A DNA stretch of 63,104 nt, filler included, from Nemertoderma westbladi (taxonomy: Eukaryota > Animalia > Xenacoelomorpha): NCBI GenBank assembly GCA_032718475.1. It is 3 parts of 3 records of this genome, joined end to end, with 100 filler letters (N's around TTAATTAATTAA, not from the genome) between each part and the next. Parts side by side here need not be neighbours in the genome. Positions count along the whole stretch, not along the records: positions 29,258 to 55,458 come from JAUCBJ010006091.1; 2 more parts are not named here. One strand, given 5' to 3'. The translations under genes and the position numbers were made by a program. Under the pieces are notes generated by a model that was not told where the DNA came from, ran no database searches, and was given only the letters and a program-made list of their open reading frames with translations. This document shows positions 34,767 to 46,800 of the stretch, piece after piece; position 1 is the first letter of the stretch; every line of letters begins with the position of its first letter.

Positions 34767-35234
34767 TATTATAATCATACCAAACTTCATAAAATGGTAA
34801 ACACCAAAACTAGCATAGCGGGCTTTTTGTTGCTTCAGTTTATATTTCCTTCACTATATTTTATGGCTTATTTGCAAATGAGTTAAAAAAAAACCTTATC
34901 TGTCGCAGTTACTTAGTACTCTTTCGAACTTAATCCCAGAAAATCCAATTTTAGTTATTCGGACTTCTCATATATGAGGAATTGAGATAGGAATTTGTTA
35001 CTATTAATACTGATGAGTAGAGCCTAAAAGCAGTATATCAATCTCATACAGTCACAAACACAACTTTGCAGATGACAATACACTAGCTGATGCCCAACTT
35101 CTTCTGAATAAGCAGGAAAGGGTCGTTTGTAATTATTTTGGCAAATATGGCAGAGTAAAAATATCAAAAATAACAAATATAGCAAGTTAAAAACAACGAA
35201 AACACTAGCTAGTTTCATTAAATTAGAGTCTTAC

Positions 35235-35288
35235 CAAGGCCATCGTAACACCAGGCCTGCTCACTACATTCTAGAATACCTCGATCAG
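35235..35288 (-). CDS. Candidate exon 3 of the class B1 GPCR
   Basis: 54-nt, acceptor tatcag, donor gtaag; only the phase-1 frame is open and gives SDRGILECSEQAWCYDGL (C-x4-W as expected next in the ectodomain); weak. Confidence 0.3.
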
Positions 35289-35365
35289 CTGATATAAGAA
35301 GTCATACTTTTTGCATTTTGTTATTGCGAAAGGGTAAGATACCAATATTTCAAAGTTCTGTCAAA

Positions 35366-35723
35366 GGCCCGTTTCCGCGCTGCTTTTTTATGTGAGGTAT
35401 TCTGCGCTTTTTTTGAGCTGTTTTTATAGCTTTTTTTCTAGCTTTTTTTTGAGCTTTTTTCAAGCTTGATGTCTTTTCTAACGTTCAGTTAAAATTAAGA
35501 TGTAATATGAATGTTCTAGAATTAGATAATTATGATTTTCGCCCAGCTTTTTTTGAGCTTTTTTTCTAGCTTTTTTTGAGCTTTTTTTCAAGCTTTTTTT
35601 GAGCTTTATTCTATATTTTAGGTTTTAGCATTCGAAAATTCTCAGATTCATCTTGAAGCAATTAATTTCTAGAAATTGTTTTAACTAAAAAAAGCTTGAA
35701 ATAAAGCAGCGCGGAAACGGGCC
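35366..35723. mobile_element. MITE (Harbinger-like termini)
   Basis: TIRs GGCCCGTTTCCGCGCTGCTTT / AAAGCAGCGCGGAAACGGGCC; internal AGCTTTTTTT repeats. Confidence 0.85.
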
Positions 35724-38123
35724 TTTACTCGGGCTGACGAAAATAAATTTAATCATATAATATATCAAATTGAAGAAGAAAGGCAGGGCATTGCGATGCT
35801 TTTGTGTCACTTTTGTTTGTTAGGCTTGGACATTTCGCATAATAACCCTTTAATCACTACTGTATATTCCACCTATCTTTACCGTGTTTTATTTAAAAAA
35901 CGTAGACTTAATCCTAATTATAATTTTAGGATAGATATAGATCGGTGAACTGATTATACTATGCAAATTTCTGCTATCAAACTCTAGGAGCATTGTAGGC
36001 CTACATTCAAAAATTTATGTTTAGCTTGTTTAGCTGTTTCACAGCGCCTACAATTCGCTTTACTACACTGAAACTCGTTGTACCTGGCTGCGTGGGGGTT
36101 CCACGCGAGAAAGTCAAAATGGGACGAAGGTCAGAAAAAAGCGCCCATGATGACCACTTTTGGACCTTCGTCTCATTCGGACCTTCGACCCAATATCGCT
36201 GCGAGGCGATCCGAATCATGTGGCGAGATAGTGGAGGGTGTGTACACAGGAAGGACGCCGCACTAGGAGATAAGCGTAGTTTTAGTGAATAATTATGTCT
36301 CCGCAAAATTATTATAGCTTGTTATATTTTAATTGTTTTGGTTAGAATAACTGTAACCTGCTGCTGCAAAATTATTATAGCTTGTTATATTTTAATTGTT
36401 TTGGTTAGAATAACTGTAACCTGCTGCTGAAGATGGGATTGGCGTCAAGTCCCCCCCCCCCCCCCCTCCCTCCTCCCCCCCCTCCTCCCCCCTGTCTAGC
36501 AATCAAAACTGAATCTAATGGGGTTGATGCCAGCCTGTGTGGTCCGAACAAATAATTTCTTTATAGTGTTTCGACTCTTGTGTAATTGCCATTGTTGTGC
36601 ATTGAAAATACACTTTTAATACGCATTTTCTTCTCTGCTAAAGTAAGCTAGTAAGTAAGTAAGTAGTAAGTAAGTTCGTTAGCTAGTTCTAATTCTCCTT
36701 AATTCTGGACCATTATTGTATAATAACAGTAATAATAGTAATTCTTATAAGTAATGTAAATAAATCAACCGCCATTATATTAATATCGGAATTTTAAATT
36801 AAATACATGGGTAGCTAGCAATTTTTGTAACGTTATAATTTTATTGTATGACTTCTTTGATCAGCTGATAGAGGGGGGGGGGGGGGGGGGGGGGTGATGC
36901 CTTGTATTATTTTTATTTTTTATTATACTAAAAATTACAAAAATAAATTAATTAATAATATAAAATATATAAAATATGCATTACACCACTATTTAAAGCA
37001 TTCTGCAAAATGGAAAATGCGATGCCTTATTACACATTATGCATTATTTTAGAATAATCGATCCTTCTGCCAACCTAAACGGTCTTGAGACAGTTTAAAT
37101 TAATCTGGTAGCAAATCAAAATGAATGTCCAGGTACTGTACTATCTAAAATAAGTTGCTGATTAAGTTGCTGATTATCATTATGACTCAATGGTAAGTCA
37201 ATGGGTGAATTTGTGATGGCCCAGAAGGACAGTATGGATTAGGAAACCAATTAATTATAGTTAGCAAGAAAACATAGAAGGGAGAAAGACAGGCCCACTA
37301 CTTTTACAAAATTACACTTTAAGCCTATGCAACCTTATGATACCTCATCTCACTCGACCTCCCTCACATCTACAAGAACTATTGAAACTATGATGCCCAA
37401 TATAATGTGAGTTAACAAATATTTAAATAAATTCCCGAGGATGGGTATAAATGCAATGCTGTATCGATTAATATCCAAAACAAACCTAATACCTCAATAT
37501 CTGTAATAATAATTTAGGAATAAATTTAGGCTCAGATTTGAGTTAACAATATGATTTAACCCTCTGTGGCGTAATTTATCAGCCTCTAATCTAATAAATC
37601 CGACGAACTTGACTTATCATGAACACAAGAGAGGTAGGTACTATTCAACTCCTAGTTGACATGTGATATTATTACTGCAATAAATACACAAACAATACAA
37701 ATACCTACAATACGTCATCATGTCACTCAATATATATTAATGAATTATTAATTTCACTATGGAACGCTTTATTTCAAGCCTAGTGTGTGTTATTTGTTAA
37801 TATATTTGGGGCTGCTTTTCAAACAACATTTTTATTGCACAGCGGGGCTCTCCAGACCTAATTATCTCTATCATCCACCTTTGTATCTTGCGGTTTCAAT
37901 TAAGCAATATAATAATGGAAAATTCATGGACATGTGCGGGTTGAATGCGTTCACCCATTCGACTTCACACTAGATCAATGTGGGCCAGCCAGCATGTGTT
38001 CGCAGTGTCAAATCATTGTCAATTTATAACTTCAGGTAATACCTGTTCTGTCTATGAGAACCAGACCTGTGCATCCATCATCTGGCATTATCAACTTCCA
38101 ACCGCCTCTGTAAGAATGAGACA

Positions 38124-38893
38124 GGGGGTGAAACTGGACGCAAAACCCGCCTTGGCGAATTAATATCCCGCCTCAATGTTAACTTCTCAATTTAGGGAAA
38201 GGAGCAGGTTACAGTGGCACGTTATTTTAACCAAAACAATAAACTAAACACAACATAACAGAACAGTTTTATTTTCGAGAGTAATCAGCTGTTATTTGCG
38301 TCCAATTTCCCCTGGAGAGGTATGAATTTTTATTGCGTCCAGTTTCCACCTCTATCTGGTAAGAATTGTCTAAGAAAGATCATCAACATAATGTATTATA
38401 CTTAATTGCAATATATATTGCTAATATAATGTTAATATTGCAAACTAACTACTGAGGGAGGGGAGACAATAAATGTTCTCACTCTTGGCCAACAATTTCA
38501 CAATAATAACTTCCTACGTGGACCATGTCAGAACTAAATCCTACTATATAATATACATGCAGTATTAGCTATTCCAGGAGCAATAATGTGAAGAGTGTGT
38601 CAACACACAACACATCATGGCAAGGTACGAACCAACATCATCTAAAACTGCCAGTAAAAATCATGTTTGACAACGGTAACGTTAGGGGGAATATAAATGT
38701 ATGCTTACGATGAGGAGGCTAGGATCAGCGTTTAAATCTCTGAAACCCTTGTATTTTTATTAAATTTTTCCTGTAGACTAACCATTTTGTTTCAGACAAG
38801 GCCTGTATTTTTCTAATTTACAAAAAAATGTAACATTCTATTGACGTTAGTTTTTGGTTAGAATAACGTGCCACTGTAACCTGCTCCTTTCCC
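38124..38893. mobile_element. Dispersed repeat family member with inverted AGGGAAAGGAGCAGGTTACAGTGGCACGTTATT arms
   Basis: Inverted pair ~38194-38235 / ~38852-38893; 38124-38335 is also found at ~52810-53026 and inverted at ~15040-15185; fragments at ~36330-36450 and ~50755-50796. Confidence 0.65.
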
Positions 38894-39765
38894 TTGCCTA
38901 CCGGTATTTATTGTATAATAATAATCTTGTAGTGCTTGTGATGTGGTTTGGTTCTGTTCTTCCTATTGCTAATTTTGGTTGGGTTTTGTAGAACTAAACA
39001 CAGTAAAATATTTGTACTTGAAGTTCCTGAGAATTAAAAACCTAAAGGTTAACTAATTGAAGGAATAAGACCCAGCATCTCATATTTTATTTTTTATGGT
39101 TATAACCAACCTATGACCATGACGAAATTATTACTTACTCATGCAATGTACTCAAACAAATTTTAGAGTAACTACTTGCCTTAAATATGCTCATCTATCA
39201 TTCATTATAAAATAACCAAACCATAACTACAAACATACAATATTTTATTATTTTGATATACATTCAGAAGTGATCATTAAGGTGAAATCATTGAGTCTGT
39301 ATATTAAAAATATCCAAATCACATCAGAATGATTTTATTCATAACAGAAGGGGACCATGCTTCATGATAAAATTGGAATAAAAATTCTGACAATGATATT
39401 GAAGTCTGAAATTATATGTATAAGTTATAACTGCCCTAAACTCTGTGTCACTGTCATGGGTCCTTAATATTCCTACGACCCCCTCTATAAGACCATTAAG
39501 ACTAATTTCAAAACAAAACGTAACCAACCATCCCCACTTCATACTGAGATGAGGCTGGCCACTAGTGAATTTAATTAACATACAGTAAGCCTATTGCAAA
39601 ATCCACACACCCCGGAATAAAGAACCCAAACTGTGTTAATTCCTCATACAAATCCGACATTCCACCAATATTCACGGATTCACCACACAAAGTATCTCAA
39701 TCTTCCTTGCAGGAATCAAAGATTCCTGTTTTCCTAATATCTGAATTAATTGAATTTGGACTCAC

Positions 39766-39885
39766 ATGCAGGATCGTAGTCCACTCCGGCGAAGACAGCG
39801 GGGCATGGCAGCGTCCTAGCAGTGTCGGCCCGGGTTGCTGGCCAACATATAACGCTGTCGAAGAATCGCTTGCAGTAGGGCCCCC
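39766..39885 (-). CDS. Class B1 (secretin-family; CRF/DH44/calcitonin-receptor-like) GPCR, hormone-binding ectodomain exon
   Basis: 120-nt phase 1-1 exon, acceptor ttacag, donor gtgagt; encodes GPYCKRFFDSVICWPATRADTARTLPCPAVFAGVDYDPA (C-x4-D-x3-CWP-x-T..LPCP..F.G..Y signature). Confidence 0.85.
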
Positions 39886-40793
39886 CTGTAATAGACGAGT
39901 AGTTGATTTCATGAGAAAGGAAAATGAGGCAAAAATGTACTCATGATGCGTGAGAATTACAATTCCTTCAACCACAACTACCTAATCTGGATGTCTTAAT
40001 TAATTAGCTTTATATACAAACAGGACATTAACAAAGTAAATCGGAACTTAAATTGGTTTTGAGAACTAAATTTAGCAAATAAATATTTAATTTTCATGAT
40101 TTAAACACATAACTTTACCTAGAGGTCATATTTAAACTGTATCAGTGGGTATAGTCATCAAATACTCTTGTTCTTCCATAATAACCTTATTACATTTTAC
40201 AAATTACAAAGCCAAATTACATTTTAACATATAATTAAATGTCAGGAAAATGTTAGTTTCCATAACAGTAGAGATAGATAAGAGACACTTCAGATTTCGT
40301 TTCTGCAATGTTTGCAAAGAAGGGAAAACACAGCTGTTATTCATATGGAAATGGAAGGGCAATTTAATTAGATTTTTTTAGCTATTTTACTGTGTACAGT
40401 AGAATCACAAACTGCAGCATCGGTCTCTACCATTTTCCCGACTAAGTACTTCAGATTGATTTTCATTGAATTCATATTCAATTTAATGATTTATAAATTT
40501 AATTTGCACCCATTGACATTTAAATTTCGGTTAATTTTTAAAGGGATTTGTGGTTCACTTTAATAAATCCTTAAACTCGCCTCCATGCAATACTAATTGA
40601 TATTTTTTATCCAAAATAAACCAAATGTGCAGTCTCAAAAGTTAGTGATATTAAAATTCATCATGAAAACTGCAAATTATAAAAACTTTCCTCTATTACA
40701 TTTAATTTATGAACAACAAACTCTTTATAATGAATGATATCGTAGAGTCAATTTTTAGGCTCATTAAGGCAGGCATTAATGCCCCGCCCATAC

Positions 40794-42459
40794 GTGATCT
40801 TCCACAGTAAACCCTTCCACTCTGTTTCCTAAAGGAATGCCTGTTCACCACCATGGTTGATCTTCCACAGTAAACCCTTCCACTCCGTTTCCAAAAAGAA
40901 TGCCTGTTCACCACCATGGGTGATCTTCCACAGTAAACCCTTCCACTCTGTTTCCTAAAGGAATGCCTGTTCACCACCATGGATGATCTTCCACAGTAAA
41001 CCCTTCCACTCTGTTTCCTAAAGGAATCCCTGTTCACCACCATGGGTGATCTTCCACAGTAAAACCTTCCACTCTGATTCCTAAAGGAATGCCTGTTCAC
41101 CACCATGGGTGATCTTCCACATTAAACCCTTCCACTCTGTTTCCTAAAGGAATCCCTGTTCACCACCATGGGTGATCTTCCACAGTAAACCCTTCCACTC
41201 TGTTTCCTAAAGGAATCCCTGTTCACCGCCATGGATGATCTTCCACAGTAAACCCTTCCACTCCGTTTCCAAAAAGAATGCCTGTTCACCACCATGGGTG
41301 ATCTTCCACAGTAAACCCTTCCACTCTGTTTCCTAAAGGAATGCCTGTTCACCACCATGGATGATCTTCCACAGTAAACCCTTCCACTCTGTTTCCTAAA
41401 GGAATCCCTGTTCACCACCATGGGTGATCTTCCACAGTAAAACCTTCCACTCTGATTCCTAAAGGAATGCCTGTTCACCACCATGGGTGATCTTCCACAG
41501 TAAACCCTTCCACTCTGTTTCCTAAAGGAATCCCTGTTCACCACCATGGGTGATCTTCCACAGTAAACCCTTCCACTCTGTTTCCTAAAGGAATCCCTGT
41601 TCACCGCCATGGATGATCTTCCACAGTAAACCATTCCACTCCGTTTCCAAAAAGAATGCCTGTTCACCACCATGGGTGATCTTCCACAGTAAACCCTTCC
41701 ACTCTGTTTCCTAAAGGAATGCCTGTTCACCACCATGGATGATCTTCCACAGTAAACCCTTCCACTCTGTTTCCTAAAGGAATCCCTGTTCACCACCATG
41801 GGTGATCTTCCACAGTAAACCCTTCCACTCTGATTCCTAAAGGAATGCCTGTTCACCACCATGGCTGATCTTCCACAGTAAACCCTTCCACTCTGTTTCC
41901 TAAAGGAATCCCTGTTCACCACCATGGGTGATCTTCCACAGTAAACCCTTCCACTCTGTTTCCTAAAGGAATCCCTGTTCACCACCATGGGTGATCTTCC
42001 ACAGTAAACCCTTCCACTCTGTTTCCTAAAGGAATCCCTGTTCACCGCCATGGATGATCTTCCACAGTAAACCATTCCACTCCGTTTCCAAAAAGAATGC
42101 CTGTTCACCACCATAGGTGATCTTCCACAGTAAACCCTTCCACTCTGTTTCATAAAGGAATGCCTGTTCACCACCATGGATGATCTTCCACAGTAAACCC
42201 TTCCACTCTGTTTCCTAAATGAATCCCTGTTCACCACCATGGGTGATCTTCCACAGTAAACCCTTCCACTCTGTTTCCTAAAGGAATCCCTGTTCACCAC
42301 CATGGGTGATCTTCCACAGTAAACCCTTCCACTCTGTTTCCTAAAGGAATCCCTGTTCACCACCATGGGTGATCTTCCACAGTAAACCCTTCCACTCAGT
42401 TTCCTAAAGGAATGCCTGTTCATCACCATGGGTGATCTTCCACAGTAAACCCTCCCACT
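40794..42459. repeat. 63-bp minisatellite, ~26 copies (GPCR intron)
   Basis: Unit GTGATCTTCCACAGTAAACCCTTCCACTCTGTTTCCTAAAGGAAT(G/C)CCTGTTCACCACCATGG with recurring variant units. Confidence 0.97.
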
Positions 42460-42862
42460 ATTTTCCCCATGTTAGCTTGGTCCATATGATAAATATAATA
42501 TCAAGGTTGAAGCTCTCGCTCTCGAGAGCTTCAAGGTTGAAGGTTCTAGTATCAAGGTTGAAATCCAGGATTGGGCTGGGCTTTCATATTAAAATTACTA
42601 TAATGATACAAGGCAACTGGCCCATGTGAAGTATACCAGACTTTCTGCAGTGGATATAATTCACTTTGCAGTTTAGAAGGGTAGATTCTAACCAAAACAA
42701 TAAAAGAATAAGTATATATACAGGATATAAAACAGGAATAAGCGCTATAAAACACTTAATAAGGAGAAATTTTGGAAAATACAAATTTTCATATATAAAA
42801 TTCCAGTATAATTTCGACCGAAAAGTGAAAACCTGTTATTTTTCTGAAATATTAGAACTTAC

Positions 42863-43019
42863 CATCCCCGGGATGTTTATCTGTTGGAGTAGCATAACAT
42901 CTTTCACATAACTCATATATGTCTGATGTATCTTCGTGCCTTAGGCAACTTTCGTCGAGTTGATATTCATCATAATAGGTTGACGTTGCGTTCCACTCAG
43001 GGGCCGATATCAAAGCCAT
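42863..43019 (-). CDS. Probable first coding exon of the class B1 GPCR
   Basis: ATG at 43019 with in-frame stop just upstream; 52 codons + 1 nt (MALISAPEWNATS..ELCERCYATPTDKHPGD), donor gtaagt, phase fits the 39885 exon and supplies the first ectodomain Cys. Confidence 0.65.
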
Positions 43020-46000
43020 TGATTAAATATGTCCTCGGAAGAAATATCAATCGCCAATATTTCAATTTAATTAGTGTACCACAAGAATGTACATTTACTT
43101 TGAGTAAGAAGCATAAAATTCAATATGTAATTAATTACTCAATAAGTCATATAAACTATAAAATTATATTAAATACTTCACAAACTCGTACTCACAAGGA
43201 TTAAAGTCTTATCTTTACTTGTATCTCTATGTTATTTATTACTAATGTACCAGAATATATGTACCAGAATATTGGTAATTATGTATTTTATAAAATAGCA
43301 TAATCTTAAATGCAACACCTATAATGTAAATAAATATGATATTTCGTTTAATTGACTTAATTTTAACAAAAAATTTAATTGACTTAATTTCAATTAACAA
43401 CTTCATTTTTAATAATAATATGGTGTGCAATGTTTTCATAACAGCCAATATTGTTTGATTTATTATAATATTGATTTATCAATAAAATATTAACTAACAA
43501 TAAAGGATAATTAGTAGAAAGTATATCATAGAAATACTTTGGCAAACAATCATAAGACTTATTATTATAAAAGTAGTAGGTACTGCCCGACATAATGAGT
43601 TCTACAAATAACACTGGAAATATATTCAGTGGGTTGTACTTCACTTATATAGTCTTATACGCTTGAAATGTCATATCAATAATTACAGTTTAATATAAAC
43701 TTTATCAAGTAGACTGTAACCACATACATATCCACACTGAATACAATAACTTAACATGCAATTGAGATGATAATACACCGAATATTATCAGTGAATATTG
43801 GGGTGTGCATGCACGCACTACACTCACTCTCTACAGTTTAAAATAAATGGTATCAGTCGACATCCAGGGGCACTACTGGTCTTTATATTCCACTTGTCTT
43901 TATTTTCCCGGGGGATTTATATCCCAGGTGATTTATATCCCAGGGGTCTTTACATCCAACTGGTCTTTATATTCATTCCTCTGGTCTTTATATGCCAGCA
44001 GCTATTCTGGTTGGAGTGCCAATTCCACTCACGAAAAAACAGTGAAGAAATTCCATGGTGGGATATTCAAATAATGTTATGAGACCTCTTAGATATGAAA
44101 ATCCCATTCTAAAGCTATTTTAAAGATGGGATATAAAGACCATTTAAAAATTAATCGACCAATCATAAGTTTGTTTACCAAATAAAAGTCCTACTGGCAA
44201 TGTTATAATGACCTGGCCGGCCACAACTCTTTCCAGCATTGAAGTATGTTAATTTTATATTACTACATAATATTGTGTAGCCAGAGCGGTTTAGTTTAGT
44301 TATTATCAGTTAAGTAAAGTATTGCTTATAATATTGAAGAAAATTAATTAGCGACAACGAATAACTCGTCCAGAAATTACGTTATTCTATACTCATTGAA
44401 AAAAGTTAAAAAACTTCCAAAAAAAAACTTCCAATTTATTGATTTAAAGTCGGATAAACCCAAACCCACCCCTGAAATGTACACAATCTATTATTACACA
44501 TTACAAATTATGTTGTAAATGTCTACAATTTCTACTGAAATTAAAATATTTTAATTTTATACAGTATGGGCTATTAAAATATGGGTAAACATTTGTTTTT
44601 CGAAACAATTTCAAATTTCCAGTCGTACTCTAGCGGAGGAGTAGTAATTTGAAAAATGAAAAATGTCATTTCCTTCAATTGCCTTCAAAGTTTAAACCTT
44701 CCTGCCAAAAGTGGCTGCGGTCTGGTTGGTTAATCATTTCTGGAACGAATGAAGCACATCACCGAGCTAAAACTTTCATTATGGGGGTTTCGGTGTCGCT
44801 GCTTTCATTTCCGATGTCAGTTTTAAGGTTTGGTGGAATCTAGTCTGTCTGTCTGTCGGTTGTCTATCTGTCTTACAATTTGACTGGCAGACCATCATAC
44901 AAAAAAACAACGATAACTCGAGAATTAAAAGAGGTATCGCTATGCGGTATTCAGATTTGAAATCCTCATTAAATTCTGCTATAGAGTAAATAAATAAACA
45001 GACATTTGAAATTTTGACCAGGGGGGGGGGGGGGGGGGGGGTACTCCGACCTTAATCGGGCAACATTACTTTAATTTGACATACATAATCATTAAAATAT
45101 ATAAAAATTGCATCATACAGAATTGAAGAGGCCATGCAGTCCTGTTAAAACCATTAAAATATGTCCAATTAAACTTTAACAGAGTATAAATACTGACGCG
45201 CTCTCGTCACTTGGTGTGATCAAGATTATTAATATCATAATATAATTATATATATAATAATTAAACTTTAATGTGTATAGCAAGTCATGTTATGCAGCAA
45301 TACTGAACTCCATATTACAGCAACAACAGTATTTATGGCAAATCCAGCAACGCAACATGTGTCAATAATTATTATGTTTTTAAATTAATTTACAAAGTTA
45401 GGAATAAATTCAAACAATCATGTTAAATGTCCAACAATTGAAATGCTTTTACACTTAAATTCAATTATTGCTAATTTATTTACAGGTAGGCAGGCCTATT
45501 ACAATCAGTAAACCCATCACTTGGAAAACTGATGCATTATAATGCTAATCCACTTGGTTGAATCACTGGTTCGTGCGTATTATAAAAATGTTAGCCTTGC
45601 CAAAACGGGGAATTGATAATTACTCCATACCGTACCCTGATGACCAGTTCAGTTCATTACTACTTATAGACAGTACGCACCTATAGTGTATGGATCATAA
45701 TCTACTATCAATATTAGTTAAAGTATGGAGTAAGAGTAAGAACAAGTGTCAAACCGTTTTTAAATGTCATTAATTAATAAATTCAAACCAATCTGAACCT
45801 TAAAAAAACTAACAATAAACACATTTCACAACAAAGCGGAAATTAAATATTACTACCATCATTCCCTTTCCCCAAACTGCATAACGATGTACACCTAAAT
45901 AATTTCACTCTAGACAACAGATTAATGATACATGTCTCATACAATGGCACAAATACTGGAGTGTTTATTCGACAATGTTCCCCTTACCATCAGAATGTTG

Positions 46001-46393
46001 TATGTATAACAAAATTGGGTCAAAACAACTTTAAAAATTGTAAAAAATCAACACGCCCAAAACATGGACTTAGTATTGTCATGTGTGTGGCACTGTAGGG
46101 GCACTTAGGCAATATTTTTTTATATTTTGCTTAAAATGAATATTAAGACCAAAAAAAGGTCTTAAAACGGTAAGGAATGGAAGAACTAATCACATAGATA
46201 GATGGTAAAACTTTTGACACAGTCTAAATTCATCCAAGGCGAGCCGTGGACGACCGGATTTGTCATAGATCAACTGCTTTATTACTGTTGGGTAAGCTAA
46301 ATCATAATTAAATTTGCAGCGTTGGAATTTGGGAACCCGCTTTCTCTTGATCCATCAACATCATCCAACATCAATTTAAATGTGGTTAGACGA

Positions 46394-46800
46394 CTTATTA
46401 GCCCCCCCCCCCCCCCCAGAACTATACTCCCCAGAGGAAGTTGGTAATCATTTAGCTACGGGCAAATGGGGCATGTCCGTCTGTCTGTCTGTCTGTCCGT
46501 CCGTCTGTCTGGTAAATGTTTGAACGCGAATTTCTCTGCATCGCTGGTTCGGAATTGAACCAAACTTAGTAGGTAAGTAGTAGAGAGAAAGTTTAGAAAG
46601 TTTGTAAAGTTTGGTGAAAAATCATGCAGTCTGACGTCAGCTACGACAGATTATGTAGTTTTTAGAAAATGTTAAATTTCTCGGGAAGGCCTCATTTTCC
46701 TGAGCTGAAATTTTGGTGGCCTGTAGAGAATCATGAAGTCTATCTTTTACGAAATTGAAAAGTTAAGACATTTAATTGGGGATCCGCTAGAGACTCAGAA
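46394..46800 (+). mobile_element. Helentron-associated/DINE-1-like non-autonomous element fragment
   Basis: (GTCT/GTCC)n microsatellite at ~46475-46510 near the 5' end followed by a typical AT-rich core; boundaries approximate. Confidence 0.4.

Noticed and set aside
39697-39975. ORF-track proteins at 39697-39975 and 39707-39946
   Set aside because: Wrong frames; the real coding signal is the 120-nt GPCR exon in another minus-strand frame.
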